Below, piece after piece: positions 1-18,687 of a stretch of DNA of 64,000 nt. Within the stretch, counting starts at the first letter, position 1, and every line of letters begins with the position of its first letter. The stretch is from the NCBI RefSeq assembly GCF_009914755.1, contig NC_060937.1. One strand, 5' to 3'. This stretch comes from the human T2T-CHM13v2.0 reference genome, Homo sapiens. A program made the translations under genes and the position numbers. The notes under the pieces are model-generated. The model did no database searches. It was given only the letters and a program-made list of their open reading frames with translations, and had not been told where the DNA came from.

Positions 1-921
1 TCAACCTTCCTCAAGGGCACTGAATCATATTGAATGAGTCATCCCAAATTCACATCATATCTGAAATCAAGGAAAACTCTCAAGAGGCAATGCTAGGGAT
101 TAAACACTCTCATTCTATTTATATTCAGTTGGTATTAAAATGAAAAATGAGTTATAAAATGAATTGGATTAATACTATGGATATCTTAATATCTCATTTT
201 CATAATGCCTTATATTAGAATGCTGAAGTTTTAGATATAACAATCATGTTTTTGGCTTTATTTTCAGAAAAGCTCCTCATTTTAAATGTATCTTCTTTAA
301 AATATTTCTTGACTATTAATTAAATGAAAAAATACTAGACATATTATTAAAATAAATGTATGTTTCATCAGTATGCTTATTAAAGGGAAACCAGTGTCTT
401 AACAGCCTTAGGCTAAAAATTATTAAATTAAGGACTGTTAAAGCATGAAGCTGTAAAATGTATATATGTAAATTTCAAATGGTTGCAGGCACATCTGCTA
501 TTGACTTTAGTATTATAGGAGCTTATTTTGAAAATACTGAATCTTTCAATTTTTAGCAGAAAATAGATGAAAGAAATTGATATATTAAATGTATGCATAA
601 TTTTATTTTTGATTAACAAAATATTAATGTTCCAAACAATAAAGATACATGTTTGTAAGTTAATATTTCTTGCATTTTCAACTTCTCTGTTATTTTTGTT
701 GCATTTTTTTCACATGAGGCGAATTTCTACTTTCCCCCCACCCACAAAACCCATGGCAGTTTCTCTAGTGTACCTAATGCATACCTTCAGTGCATCTAAA
801 TTAGGCTGATTTAGGTATAACTGTATCTTAAAAAATATATATATTTGATTTAAGTATGAGTTTTCATTTTCATAAGCAGAATTGTCCTATAAATTGTATT
901 GTTTAAAATTTAACATTGGAG

Positions 922-1209
922 GGCTGGGCGCAGTGGCTCACGTCTGTAATCCCAGCACTTTGGGAGGCCGAGGCGGGCAGATCACGAGGTCGGGAGATCG
1001 AGACCATCCTGGCTAACATGGTGAAACCCGGTCTCTACTAAAAAATACAAAAAAAAAAAAGTTAGCCGGGCGTGGTGGCGGGCGCCTGTTGTCCCAGCTA
1101 CTTGGAGGCTGAGGCAGGAGAATGGCGTGAACCCGGGAGGCGGAGCTTACAGTAAGCAGAAATCGCGCCTGGGTGACTGAGCTAGACTCCGTCTCAAAAA
1201 AAAAAAAAA
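922..1209 (+). mobile_element. AluY SINE
   Basis: GGCTGGGCGCAGTGGCTCAC start; AluY diagnostics (GAGACCATCCTGGCTAAC, GAATGGCGTGAACCCGGG); A tail; 17-bp TSD AAAATTTAACA[T/C]TGGAG at 905-921 and 1210-1226. Confidence 0.95.
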
Positions 1210-1339
1210 AAAATTTAACACTGGAGTTCTTAGATATACCCATGTTCCTATAGTAAATATAACTCATTATATTAGAGGCATGCCATTTATCACATGTTAT
1301 CATACATATGTGTGTGTGCATGTGTACTTATGTTAACTT

Positions 1340-1369
1340 ATGTGTGTGTGTGTATATATACATATATAT

Positions 1370-1412
<43 letters not shown>
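1340..1412. repeat. compound (TG)n(TA)n(CA)n microsatellite
   Basis: Directly visible dinucleotide runs. Confidence 0.9.
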
Positions 1413-1413
<1 letters not shown>

Positions 1414-1830
1414 CACAGTTATAAATCTATTCCTCCAGTGGCAGACTTGTAGATTGCCTATACTTCTTGGCTACCAAGGATTACAACCCGTGATGAATGC
1501 CTTTATCAGTATCTCCTTGCAGACTTGTGGGAAAGGTTTGGCGAGGATCTATATTTTGCTGTGCGAATGACTACTGGACATGGGAAATTTGCATATATGT
1601 TTTTACCAGATATTAACAAATAACCTAATGTCTGCACATTTACATTCCCACTAGCAAAATTGAAGTTTTCAATTTCTCTATATTCTTATATTTCATAGCG
1701 TTCTGACTTTAAATTTTCATCAATCTGCTACTTGCAAAAGGGTATGCTTTTTTGTATTAATATGCATTTTCATTTTTATCATTGAGGCTGTTCTTGCAAA
1801 CATTAGCTATATATGTATATACTTCCTCAA

Positions 1831-2060
1831 AGACAGTATAGCAAAGGAGTAAAAAGCACTGATTATGGACAGAAACAGTTTAGGGGAAAATCTTGCCTCC
1901 TAACTACTTAAAGAAAAATAAACAAATTTGGGTACCTTATTTAACTCTCTGTGCCTCCGTCTATACATCTATAAAATAAACATAATAATGTCTACTTCAT
2001 AAACTCTATTAGTGTTAACCCATACATGGGTTAATATGTATATAATGTTCAACAGTGTTC
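1831..2060 (+). mobile_element. MIR SINE (degenerate)
   Basis: MIR core-like TTATTTAACTCTCTGTGCCTCCGTCTATACATCTATAAAAT...ATAATAATGTCTACTTCATA. Confidence 0.65.
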
Positions 2061-2069
2061 AGTACACAG

Positions 2070-2165
2070 TATATGTACATATACATGTACACATATGTGT
2101 ATATATGTGTATACATACATATGTGTATATATGTGTATAAATATATATGTATACACATATATATT
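2070..2165. repeat. (TATATG/TACA)n low-complexity repeat
   Basis: Directly visible. Confidence 0.85.
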
Positions 2166-2333
2166 TGCTCTTCATTTTTAGAATTATAATAGATTTACTT
2201 ACTTAACTTTATGCTATTATAAAAATTATAGAGTAGGCTTAATTTGTCAAAAGTTTCTCTTAGATCTCTGTTGGAATTTTATTGAGTGTATATACATTTT
2301 AGTAGAGTTGACATATTAAAAATTAAGTTTCCT

Positions 2334-2678
<345 letters not shown>

Positions 2679-3634
2679 TTATTTAAGTTTCTAAGTTTTG
2701 ATATAAAATAAAGAGTCAACCTTTCAAGTCAGATTCATAATAGAGATTTTCTTAGCAGCAAATTTTCTAATAATTTAAAGAAAATTAAAGCACAGATAAA
2801 ACATGGATATGCCTGAGAATTTTTCAGCATCCCAGTTTCTTTCTTCATGTGCCAGAATAAACTATGTTTTCCATTATGCATGTGAGATTTCAAATGATTC
2901 ATGCAGAACAAATTTGCAAAAAGGCAGTTATTTCTATTATAAAATATCTTCCTTTTTAATCCCCCAGAATTTTTTATATTCTAGGAAGCCAAGTCCTGTA
3001 ATTCATAGAGTACAGGTTTATTTACAATAAACAAACTAAAATACAAGATAAATACTGCTATCTATCACATACTTTAGTACTCTCCATTATTTTTTCACCA
3101 GTAACAACAGGAAGTGTGGCTAAGATGTTTAACAAGAAAGAGTAGTAAAATTTTCTCCCAGTTGCTAACCCTATCCTTTACAGCTGTGGACAAATTAACA
3201 GTTTGAACAATAAGGACAATGCATTCTTTGTTAGGGTAATTCCTGGACAATATTTTTGTCCTTTATAGCATGATACTTTTAAATACACTACTGCTTTGTT
3301 ATTGCCAGTATAAATAAATACTGCTATTTTCATAAGTTCATTCATTTCATATATGACAACTTTGCTGAACTTTTGTATTAGTTATGATTACTGTATATTT
3401 CTTCCGTGTTAATTATCATACTATTTCTTTTTTTTTATACTTTAAGTTCTAGGGTACTGTACACAACGTGCAGTTTTGTTACATACGTATACATGTGCCA
3501 TGGTGGTGTGCTGCACCCAGTAACTCGTCATTTACATTAGGTATATCTCCTAATGCTATCCCTCCCCCAACCCCACCCCATGACAGGCCCTGGTGTGTGA
3601 TGTTCCCTATCCTGTGTCCAAGTGTTCTCATTGT

Positions 3635-7454
<3,820 letters not shown>

Positions 7455-7516
7455 TATGACGTTAGCTGGTTATTTTGCTCATTAGTTGAGCAGTTTCTTC
7501 CTAGCCTTGACGGTCT

Positions 7517-8867
<1,351 letters not shown>

Positions 8868-9881
8868 CTTTGTGGTTTTATCTACCTTTGGTCTTTGATG
8901 ATGGTGACGTACAGATGGAGTTTTGGTGTGGATGTCCTTTCTGTTTGTTAGTTTTCCTTCTAACAGTCAGGACCCTCAGCTGCAGGTCTGTTGGAGCTTG
9001 CTGGAGGTCCACTCCAGACCCTGTTTGCCTGGGTATCACCAGTGGAGGCTGCAGAACCACAAATATTGCAGAACGGCAAATGTTGCTGCCTGATCGTTCC
9101 TCTGGAAGCTTCGTCTCAGACGGGCACCTGGCCTTATGAGGTGTCAATCGGCCCCTACTGGGAGGTGCCTCCCAGTTAGGCTACTCAGGGGTCAGGGACC
9201 CACTTGAGGAGGCAGTCTGTCCGTTCTCAGATCTCAAACTCCGTGTTGGGAGAAGCGCTACTCTCTTCAAAGCTGTCAGACAGGGACGTTGAAGTCTGCA
9301 GAAGTTTCTACTGCCTTTTGTTCAGCTATGCCCTGCCCCCAGAGGTGGAGTCTACAGAGGCAGGCAGGCTTCCTTGAGCTGCGGTGGGCTCCACCCAGTT
9401 TGAGCTTCCAGGCCACTTTGTTTACCTACTCAAGCCTCAGCAATGGCAGGCGTCCTTCCCCCAGCCTCGCTGCCACCTTGCGGTTCGATCTCAGGCTGCT
9501 GTGCTAGCCATGAGCGAGGCTCAGTGGGCGTAGGACCCTCTGAGCCAGGCGCAGGATATAATCTCCTAGTGTGCCATTTGCTAAGGCCGTTGGAAAAGCA
9601 CAGTATTAGGGTGGGAGTGACCTGATTTTCCAGGTGCCGTCTGTCACGGCTTCCCTTGGCTAGAAAAGACAATTCCCCGACCCCTTGCACTTCCCAGGTA
9701 AGGTGATGCCTCGCCCTGCTTTGGCTCATGGTCCGTGGGCTGCACCCACTGTCCGACAAGCCCAAGTGAGATGAACCCGGTACCTCAGTTGGAAATGCAG
9801 AAATCACCCGTCTTCTGCACTGCTCATGCTGGGAGCTGTAGACTGGAGTTGTTCCTATTCAGCCATCTTGGAACCTCCCCC
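8868..9881 (-). promoter_or_regulatory. L1 5'UTR internal sense promoter (YY1 site) with antisense promoter
   Basis: YY1 motif CAAGATGGC (reverse complement at 9862-9870) is intact; L1PA 5'UTR sequence with many CpGs decayed. Confidence 0.75.
9443..9625 (+). pseudogene. L1 antisense ORF0, truncated to 60 aa
   Basis: MAGVLPPASLPPCGSISGCCAS..SVGVGPSEPGAGYNL..IRVGVT matches primate ORF0p; stops early at TGA. Confidence 0.8.
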
Positions 9882-10035
9882 AATTATCATACTGTTTCTA
9901 CATTAGGCCAATTTTGCCTCCTCTTCCTTCCAATTTTTATACCTCTTATTTAATTTTCATGTCACATGTTTTTGGCCTGGATTTCAGGAAAATAGAAACA
10001 GTACTTATGATAGAGAATATTTTTATCTTCTCCCT

Positions 10036-13000
10036 AACAGGTGAGTGTCTTTTTGGGTATCAGACAGTGAGATAAGCTCCTCTCAATTTGGGAATTTCCT
10101 AAAGAATTTTTATTTGCAGGTTGATCAAACTGAACCAATGGAGAGAAAAAGCACCTGACTGTTGACTGTTTCAGTCTGGACACTCTTGAGGCTTTTTGGT
10201 TGCTTCAGCAGTTGGATTTCAATTTTGGAAACTGTGTGTGTATCATGGGAAATTCAAATTCCATAAAGTGATATTCTTTTGTAATACAACTTGGCCCCAA
10301 CATTGTTTGGAATCTGGAGTTTGCTGTCGAATGGGAAAGTGGGATGGAGTTCCATGAACCGAGGCTATTGTGATGTTCTTCTAAGCAGGGTCAGGCCTGG
10401 TTAGTATGTGATATTGTTTGGTGGTGTTTGGCCCCAGTATTCTTTGGAGTCTGGGGAGGTTTGGCCTTTAAAAATCAAACTGACATGAAAACTAATTTAC
10501 CCAAAATTTCAGTTCACAGAATTCATTGGATTACCTATTGGGACAAATCAATTCTAGCCATGTAAACCAGTGAGTCTGTGTTGCTATCTCATGGCTAGAG
10601 TTCTGAGTTAAAGCTATTGGATCTTTGTTTATATGTGTGTGTGCATGTCTAGATGTGTTCATGTCTATGTACATTTATTATGTTTTATTTTATGTCTACC
10701 AAATTGTCTTATGAATAAAAGAGCACTCATAAGTGAGGTAAATGAGTCCAAAGTATTTTTCAAGTTCATGTGACTTAAGTAAATATTTAATAAGCTGGCT
10801 TTAGAATTATTGGTAAAATAGAAATAGAAATGTCTTCAGCATTGTCAGCACACATTTTTGTCTGGGTTTTATATTTGCCTGTGCTAGATATTTTGAGATG
10901 TGAGGGATTGGGACAGGTTATAAAACTATAAACCCAGTTGAACAAAAAGATTTCTCTTTGTGTGATTTTTTTGATAAGACTAATATTACTGGTTTAATTA
11001 AAATACCTAAATCTTTTGAGTTATTGGTGAAAATGCACATGTAGCTAACTTTAAGGTTCTTATTTAGGTGAACACCTGATATCCACAGATTACAAAGTTG
11101 TTAACAAGAAAGTAAGTAATGCATTAACAATCTAGATAAACTGCCAAAAATAAAAAAGAGACGTAAATGGGTAAGCATCATAGGTGAATTTTTTGTGTAA
11201 TTTAAATCTTAAAAAAATTTTTTGATGCTCATTGGCTGTCTGAATCATTTCCAATTAAGGAAGGATTATGATATGGAAAAATATGTTTCTATAAATTGTG
11301 CAATTGTTCTCATCTATAAAATGCTAATGTCTGATACTTCAGAATTTCTTGCTTTCTAAGGTTTCACTAAAATTGAAGATTAGTAAAGATAAGAATTATA
11401 GTTAATATATAATAGTGCATATAATATGTGCTAAAAAAGATATGTTTCTAGTTAGAAGAATAATTTTGTCACTGGGCACAGTGGCTCACACCTGTAATCC
11501 CAGAACTTTGGGAGGCCGAGGCAGGCAGATCATGAGATCAGGAGTTCGCTACCAGCCTGACCAACTGAAAATACAAAAATTAGCCTGGTGTGGTGGCACA
11601 TGGATGTAATCCCAGCTACTCAGGAGGTTGAGGCAGGAGAATCACTTGAATCAGGGACGCGGAGGTTGCAGTGAGCTGAGATCATGCCACTGCACTGCAG
11701 CCTGGATGACAGAACAAGACACTGTCTCAAAAAAAAAAAATAATAATAATAATTTTTTTCTAATTCGGAAGTTATTTAACAGTTTAAAAATATAGACTTG
11801 AAAAGGTTATTTATGAAACAATATAGAAAGGAACCAGTAATTGGAGAGAGAGAAAACAGTTATGAATATGAAGATATACTTTTGGTAAGGAAGGCTATAG
11901 AGAAAAGAGAATAATTTTATATGAGAAAGGATCTTGTATGGTGAATTTTTGTCCTAAAATAAAATGACTGGTTATTAAAAAAGAAAAGAAAATTTAGGAC
12001 AAATCAGAAAGCCCAAGCATATCATAGATGGTCTGTGAAAGTCATATGAGTTTTTTTGCTGGTTTCTCTATGTCTCTCTTTATGCACATACAAAGAAAAT
12101 AGAAAGCTGAAAAAATGTAGATAGTAAAATATTCTTTAAAATCTGATAGAAACTTGGAGAAATTTGGCTAATTCACATTCATCATAGTTAAAGCTCTTAG
12201 TCTCAATGAAGGTAAATTAAGAAATGTTATAATGAAATACAATGGGTAATTGGCAATTCATTTTTTAACACAGTTAAGCAGAAAGCCAGATTTAACATGG
12301 AGCCAAATTTCACATAAATGCTCTCATTGCTTTGTTTCACAACGTGTTTGCTCTTCTGCGTAGATAATACTAGCACTGAAGTACTTACTGGTCATGTGCC
12401 TAACGTGAGTTTCTTAATTGCATAAAATGTATGGTGGTATTGGTAGACTTAAAGACATTAATTAGTGTGGAGGAATGAAATATCCATCATCTTTTTTAAG
12501 GCTCTGGGTAACATGTTAGCCTCCAAGGTTAACTGAGTAGGGTAAAAATTTGGAGTTGGTTTCCTGTTTATTGGTTTTTGTCTTTAATTTTTATTTATTT
12601 GCTGTTTGTCCTCCTTTAGGTTCTACGTACATATACATATATATATAGAACCATTGATATTTTCTGTTTTCTAGTAGAAGTCTTTTATTTGGTTCTATAA
12701 ATAGTCATGTTGTTTCCTATGCATTTCTAACAAGCCATCATTTGTTCTCTTTTTCTAGAATTCTTAAACTACCTTTGTCAAGCCTGCAAAAAAATGGTAG
12801 TGCACATCAGCCATTTAAAATTTGGTTGGTTTTGCTTACCTTTGGTTATCTAGAGAGATACAAGAGCTTTAAGGATCCTGGCAAAAATAAATAGATAAAT
12901 AAATAAAAGACTTATTTATACAAGTTTTGAGCAGAAATAGCACACCATTTATTTTGTTACTTGAAAAATGAGGTGAGAATAAAAATGTTTAAAATGCATT

Positions 13001-15876
13001 TATTTCCAAGGTAATTAGATAATTCATTTCAATCAATAATTTGAGTTTGCTTTAGATTTTTTCTTTAGGTAATGAAAAATTGCAATGTGGGTGCAAAATT
13101 TTAATGTTCAGGAAAGATTAGCCTTGTCCTTAAGTGATTGGTATTTCTCTCGAACTAATTCAGTTGTGTTTACCTTTATTAAAATTAAGTGATATTCACT
13201 TGGATTAAGTAGTAATAAAAAATTGTGAGACTTTCTAGTGATCTTTGATCCAAGCCGTTAATCAGTAATGGGCCTTCATGTATGTACTTGAAAACAAAAT
13301 ATGTACAACTTTTGTACTGGTATGAAGATTTTAGTGGTGGAAGTTACATAATCAGTTGTCAGTACTGTATCTAGGAACTAATCTTGGAAATATGTGATAA
13401 TGGTCCTTTAAAATAGCTGAAAAGAAATAACTGTGTGCTTGTTCTTACTTTTTCCCTGTTTTGTTGTATAAAATTTACTGGTATTTACATTTACTTTGAA
13501 AAATTGATGGACAGAAAAGTTAGTTGTTTTACTTTGATAAATTTGCCATGGGACCCAAATCATCACACTTTTGATATCTTTGGACACAGTTCTGTCACTA
13601 GAATGCTAGCAACTAGAAATATGCAGTGAGTAACCTAACCACTGAAATGCAGTGATTTGAAGTGCTGCAGGCAGACAGTAACTCTTAGAAACCAAACCAT
13701 AGTATTGTCACTTGTGACATGAGTAATCTATTAACTAATCCTTGTTCTGTTAAGTCACTGGCCTTTGACTCCTGGGTCTAAAAAAGGCACCAACCCCTGA
13801 TAAATCTTGAGTAATGACACAAGTTAAAGACTTGTCTTCAGACCTGGGAGAAGGTAACAATCAAAATGAACTGTTTTCATGAGACATGGGGACCAGAAAT
13901 TAAAACTATCAATCCCTATAGGCTCAGGGACTAATTGAGGAAGAGGTGGGCAGGTGAGATTGTAAGGGCTGATTTTGAGGGATAAGATTAGTTCAGAGTT
14001 TTTCTATAAATTAAATATCAATATTAGAAACACACTCATGCAAGGCCAGTATCTGGGCCCATGTGTCAGAATAACAGAATTTTCTTGGAGCATTGATCGG
14101 CTCCTTAATAGAAAACTGGAAATGGTTATAAAAAGTTTATGGGAATCTTACTTTATGATTGAACTGATTAAAATTTGAAAGACTTGTTTATAAGATTTTA
14201 CTAAAATTAGCTTTAATGTCAGTAATATACAAGACAAAGGTAAAATGTGGTTTTTTCTTTTGAACAATATTTTCATGTACAGGATAATAAGATATTTTTG
14301 ACTACATTTTGAGTAATACTACAGAAGAAAAAAATAGAGAGAAGGAGAGACAGATAGAGTTGGCCTCATGCTGTTTTTATCAGGTCTTATTGTTTAGGAA
14401 ACTGGTCTCCTCTCTGTCAAAGAGAGTAAACACTTTGAATGATAATTTTTCCTAGATGAATGACTATTTTATAGTAACTTGTGATCCTATTTTGTGATAT
14501 TGAGTGTCTTAGACCTTTGATATTTTACAAACTTTCTAATAACAAAATTTCAAGTTCTAAATTCAGTCCCTTTGATCTTAAATCAACATTTTTGGATATT
14601 AAGTTCCCTGAAGTCCAAGAAAGATATATTAGGCTTATTAGGTTTATTTGTTATATTAGAATTATACAGGAAGAATTTTCAAATGTGAAGTGGTATTTAG
14701 CTTTCTGAGGGTTATATTTATATAGGTATGTTGTTAATATGTGTTCCAGGCTTATATGACATTCCTGAAATTCTGATACGTCTTAATATATGTTCTCAGT
14801 ACTAATTATAATTATTGTGTTAAATTATCTTATGCCACAGAAATTGTGCTAAACTGTTGTATGTCCTTGTCAACTGTGTCTTTTATTATGGCTGTTCTAA
14901 GACTTGTGTCTTTCAAAATTGTTGTTTTGCTTGGATTCTCTTCAAAAGGTGACTTATAATAAGCTACAATCCAGAGCTTGCATCTTTGGGGGAGTTCATG
15001 GAAATAACTTTTGAATGCAGGTTTCTGATAACTTTGGAGATAGTGCTACTGTATTACATAAAACCTCCAGGACTCTAATTAAAAGGCTGATGTGTTCATA
15101 ATGATTGCCTGCCCAATATGAAGCAGAGCAAGTGTTGATTGAAGGGCTTTTTCATGGCTGTTTTTGTTCAAAATATTGCTGATTCTTTTGTTTTTCAGAG
15201 TTTGGAGAATTTTTCTTTTCATTTCAGCTATTTATAGACTTAAAATGTACTTTAAGTATATAGAGTATACTTTTATAAATAGAATTTGGGGCATATTTAT
15301 CTCTCTGCCTAATTTATCCAGAACAAAGTATTTGTGAATATTCTTAATTAATGGCAATGTGTTTGTTTGCATACATTTAATAAGAACTCCTTTTCTTTTA
15401 TAATGGAACCCAATTGGAGGAACTGGTAATTTTCCCAGGGCTTTGACTGAAATGGCTTTGTGAGAGATTCCAGCAAAGCCAGTTTAGTAGAGCCTACATG
15501 GACAATGATTCTTGCTGTACTTTATGTGGGTAATCAGGGCAAGTATATGGGACTGAAACTTATTTCACAAGTAGGTTGGTCCTGCTGTAATTTGTCTTTG
15601 GTGGAAGTGGGGGACTAGAGAGAGAAAAATTGTATTTTACAAGAAAACTACAGTATTAGATTAATCTTTGATTCCTGGGTGGCCACATGGTCACCTATGG
15701 AATGGAGCTGTCCATGATATCCCTCCTCAGCATGAAGCAGCCAGAAAGATCAATGACCACATTCCCCAAATAATAAAAAACTCTTGGGCTGGTTTCAATT
15801 CCCCCTTTCTATTTATCAATAAAAATCAATATTGATTTATCAATATTATCAATATTGATGAATACAAAGGGGGGAC
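10036..15876 (+). mobile_element. ERV1 (MER4-group) internal sequence, LOR1-int-like, 5' LTR missing
   Basis: Leader-like GGTGAGTGTC...CTCCTCTCAATTTGGGAA; AT-rich non-coding interior typical of the MER4 group; ends in PPT AAAGGGGGGA next to an LTR. Confidence 0.75.
11471..11745 (+). mobile_element. AluS (Sg-like) inside the ERV internal region, with a deletion of about 20 bp before the middle A-linker
   Basis: CTGGGCACAGTGGCTCAC...CCTGACCAAC|TGAAAATACAAAAATTAGCC; A/(TAA) tail; degenerate TSD AATAATTTT.TC. Confidence 0.88.
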
Positions 15877-16331
15877 TTAAATTGGCCCAAGAGTCCCATA
15901 GACAGTGTCTGTTTTTTTAAAATAAACATAGAAATTGGCCCTTTTTGTCTTAAAGCTTGAAGCTTACATTTGTTTTATCTGAGTTCCTTCCTCAGGAAGA
16001 GACCCCCAGGCCTCTCAAAAAGTATCAAAGAACTGAATTTCACCAGATTATCACATCCAGACATTGAGACTCCAGACCCCTCATTCATCGTGACTGACTG
16101 CTTCCTTACCCCTCCTGAGTTCCTGTTTTCTCATACATAGTTACATTTCTACCCTGCTATATAATCCTCTAATTTTAGTTAATCAGGGAGATGGAATTTA
16201 GATTGATCTCCCATCTCCTCCTGCAACACCTGATTAAAGCCTTCTTCTTTGGCAATAATTGTTGTCTCAGTGATTAGTTTTTTGTGCAGTGAGCAGCAGG
16301 ACTTACACTGCATGATGGTGTTTCAGTAATA
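15877..16331 (+). mobile_element. LOR1-type 3' LTR
   Basis: GGCCCAAGAGTCCCATAGACAG...ATAAACATAGAAATTG...CTGAGTTCCTTCCTCAGG; TATATAA box; ATTAAA signal; ends GGTGTTTCAGTAATA. Confidence 0.8.
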
Positions 16332-18446
16332 AATGCAGTAGGATAGCTACAACCCAGTGCATATAGCAATAAGTTTGGGTTTGGTTTATCCTTGTCATCT
16401 ATGCATCTTAAGGACCTTATAATGTAAGCACTGAGATCTCCTTCCTGTAATCTTGTATCCACCCCACTAGGCATTCTGTTCTACTGTGGAAGCAATGGAC
16501 AAAGGCAAACCATGCAACTGCTACTACTCCAGTTTTTATAATCTTTTAGTAGCTTGTGAAATGAAATAGAAAAAAGTGAAATTATTAAATGCTGCTCAAA
16601 CAAGTACAGTCTATGTACTATTTGGCCATTTGCTCTTGTTTGTATGATGTAGTCCAATTTGTATTAAAATATTTTAAGATTTTTGGTAATAAAGTAATTT
16701 TGCAAATTCTGGGATAAATTTTACCTGATCATAGCTGATTGATTTTAATTTCTCATTAGATCAAGAAATTTGTTACATTAAGATATTGTGCATCTGTATC
16801 AATATGTGAGATTGGCATATAATTCCCTTTTCTTGGTTTACCTTTACCTCATTTTTGTAAAATGTTTTGCCAAGTTTTCCTCTTTTCTTGTATTACAGAG
16901 AAGTTCTCTAAAAGAGTGATTTTCTGTTAACTGAAAGTATAGTAGAAAATCCTCAGTAAAATTCTAGCAAGCCAATTCAACAGCACATTAAAAAGATAAT
17001 TTACCGTGATTATGTGGGATTCACCCCGGGATGCAAGGATGATTCAACATACTCAAATCTATAAATGTGAAATACAAGCTTAGCAGAATGAAAGATAAAA
17101 ATAAAATGATAATCTCAGAAGATGCAAAAAAAGCAACTGACTAAATTAAACAACTTTTCATGATAAAAGCTGTTAACAAATAACATATAAAAGGCATGTA
17201 CCACAGCACAATAAAGGCCAGATATTACAAGGCCACAACAAACATTATACTCAATGGGGAAAACTGAAAGCTTTTCTTCTAAGATCCAAAACAAAATAAA
17301 GATACCCGCTCTCACCATTTCTATTCAACATAGCACTGGAAGCTCTAGCCAGAGCAATTAAACTAAAAAAAGAGATAAAAGGCATTAGAATTGGAATTGA
17401 AGAAGTTAAATTGTATCTCTTTGTAGATACCATGATCTCATACAGAGAAGACTGAAACTCCACAAAAAATTCTTAGAACTAACAAATAAATTCAGAAAGA
17501 TTTAGGATACAAAATCGATGCACAAAAATTATAATATTTTTATACATGAATAGTGAACTATTGGAAAACAAATCTGGAAAAGTTTCATTTTTCAATAACT
17601 ACAAAAAATAAAAATTTAGGAATAAATTTAACCAAGAGGTGAAAGTTCTGTACACCAACTAGAAAATACTGGTGAAAAAAAATTGAAGAAAACACAAATA
17701 AATTGAAACATCTATGTCCATGGAATGGAAGAATTAATATTTTTTAAAATTCCATACTACTCACAGTAATCTACAGATTCAATGAAAACCCTATGAAAAT
17801 TCCAAAGACATTTTTTTCATGGAAATAAAATAAATCATAAAATTTTTATGGATCCACAAAAGACCCTAAATAGTCAAAGCTATGTTTAACTAAAAGAACA
17901 AGCTGAAAACATCACATTATCTGTCTTCAAAATATACTGCAAAGCTCTAGTAACCAAAACAGCATGGTACTGACCTGAAAATAAACACATAGACCAATGG
18001 AACAGAATACAGAGCCCAGAAATAAACCCATGCATTTATAGCCAACTGATTTTTAACCATATTTCTGGGATAACTGGATCTCCACAGGCAGAAGAATATA
18101 ATTAGGCCCTTATCTTATACCATATACAAAAATCAATATAATTTTTTTAAAAAATAAATGAATAAAATAAATATAAAAAATGGATTAAAGATGTAAATAT
18201 AAGACCTGAAACTATTAAACCGTTAGAAGAAAACTAGGTGGAAATCTTCATGAGATTAACCTGGGCAATAATTTTTTTGGATAAGACTTCAAAAACACAG
18301 GCAACAAAAGCAAAATTAGATAAATGGGATTACATCAAACTAAAAAGCTTCTGCAGAGCCAATCAAACAAATCAACAGAGCAAAATGACAACCTAAAAAA
18401 ACATACATCAGATAAGGGGTTGATATTAAAAATACATAAGGAGCTC

Positions 18447-18687
18447 GGCCTGGCGTGGTGGTGCACGCCTGCAATCCCAGCACTTTGAGAGGCTAAGGTG
18501 GGTGGATCACCTGAGGTCAGGATTTTGTAACCAGCCTGACTAACATGGTGAAACCTCATCTCTACTAAATACAAAAAAATTAGCCGGGCATGGTGGCACA
18601 TCCCTGTAATCCGAGCTACTTGGGAGGTTGAGACAGAAGAATCACTTGTACCTGGGAGGTTAGAGGCAGTGAGTCAAGATAGTGCCA
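18447..18687 (+). mobile_element. AluS inside the L1MA, 3' end replaced by a microsatellite
   Basis: GGCCTGGCGTGGTGG...GATCACCTGAGGTCAGG; stops at GATAGTGCCA; residual TSD GGAGCTC at 18440-18446 and 18828-18834. Confidence 0.88.
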
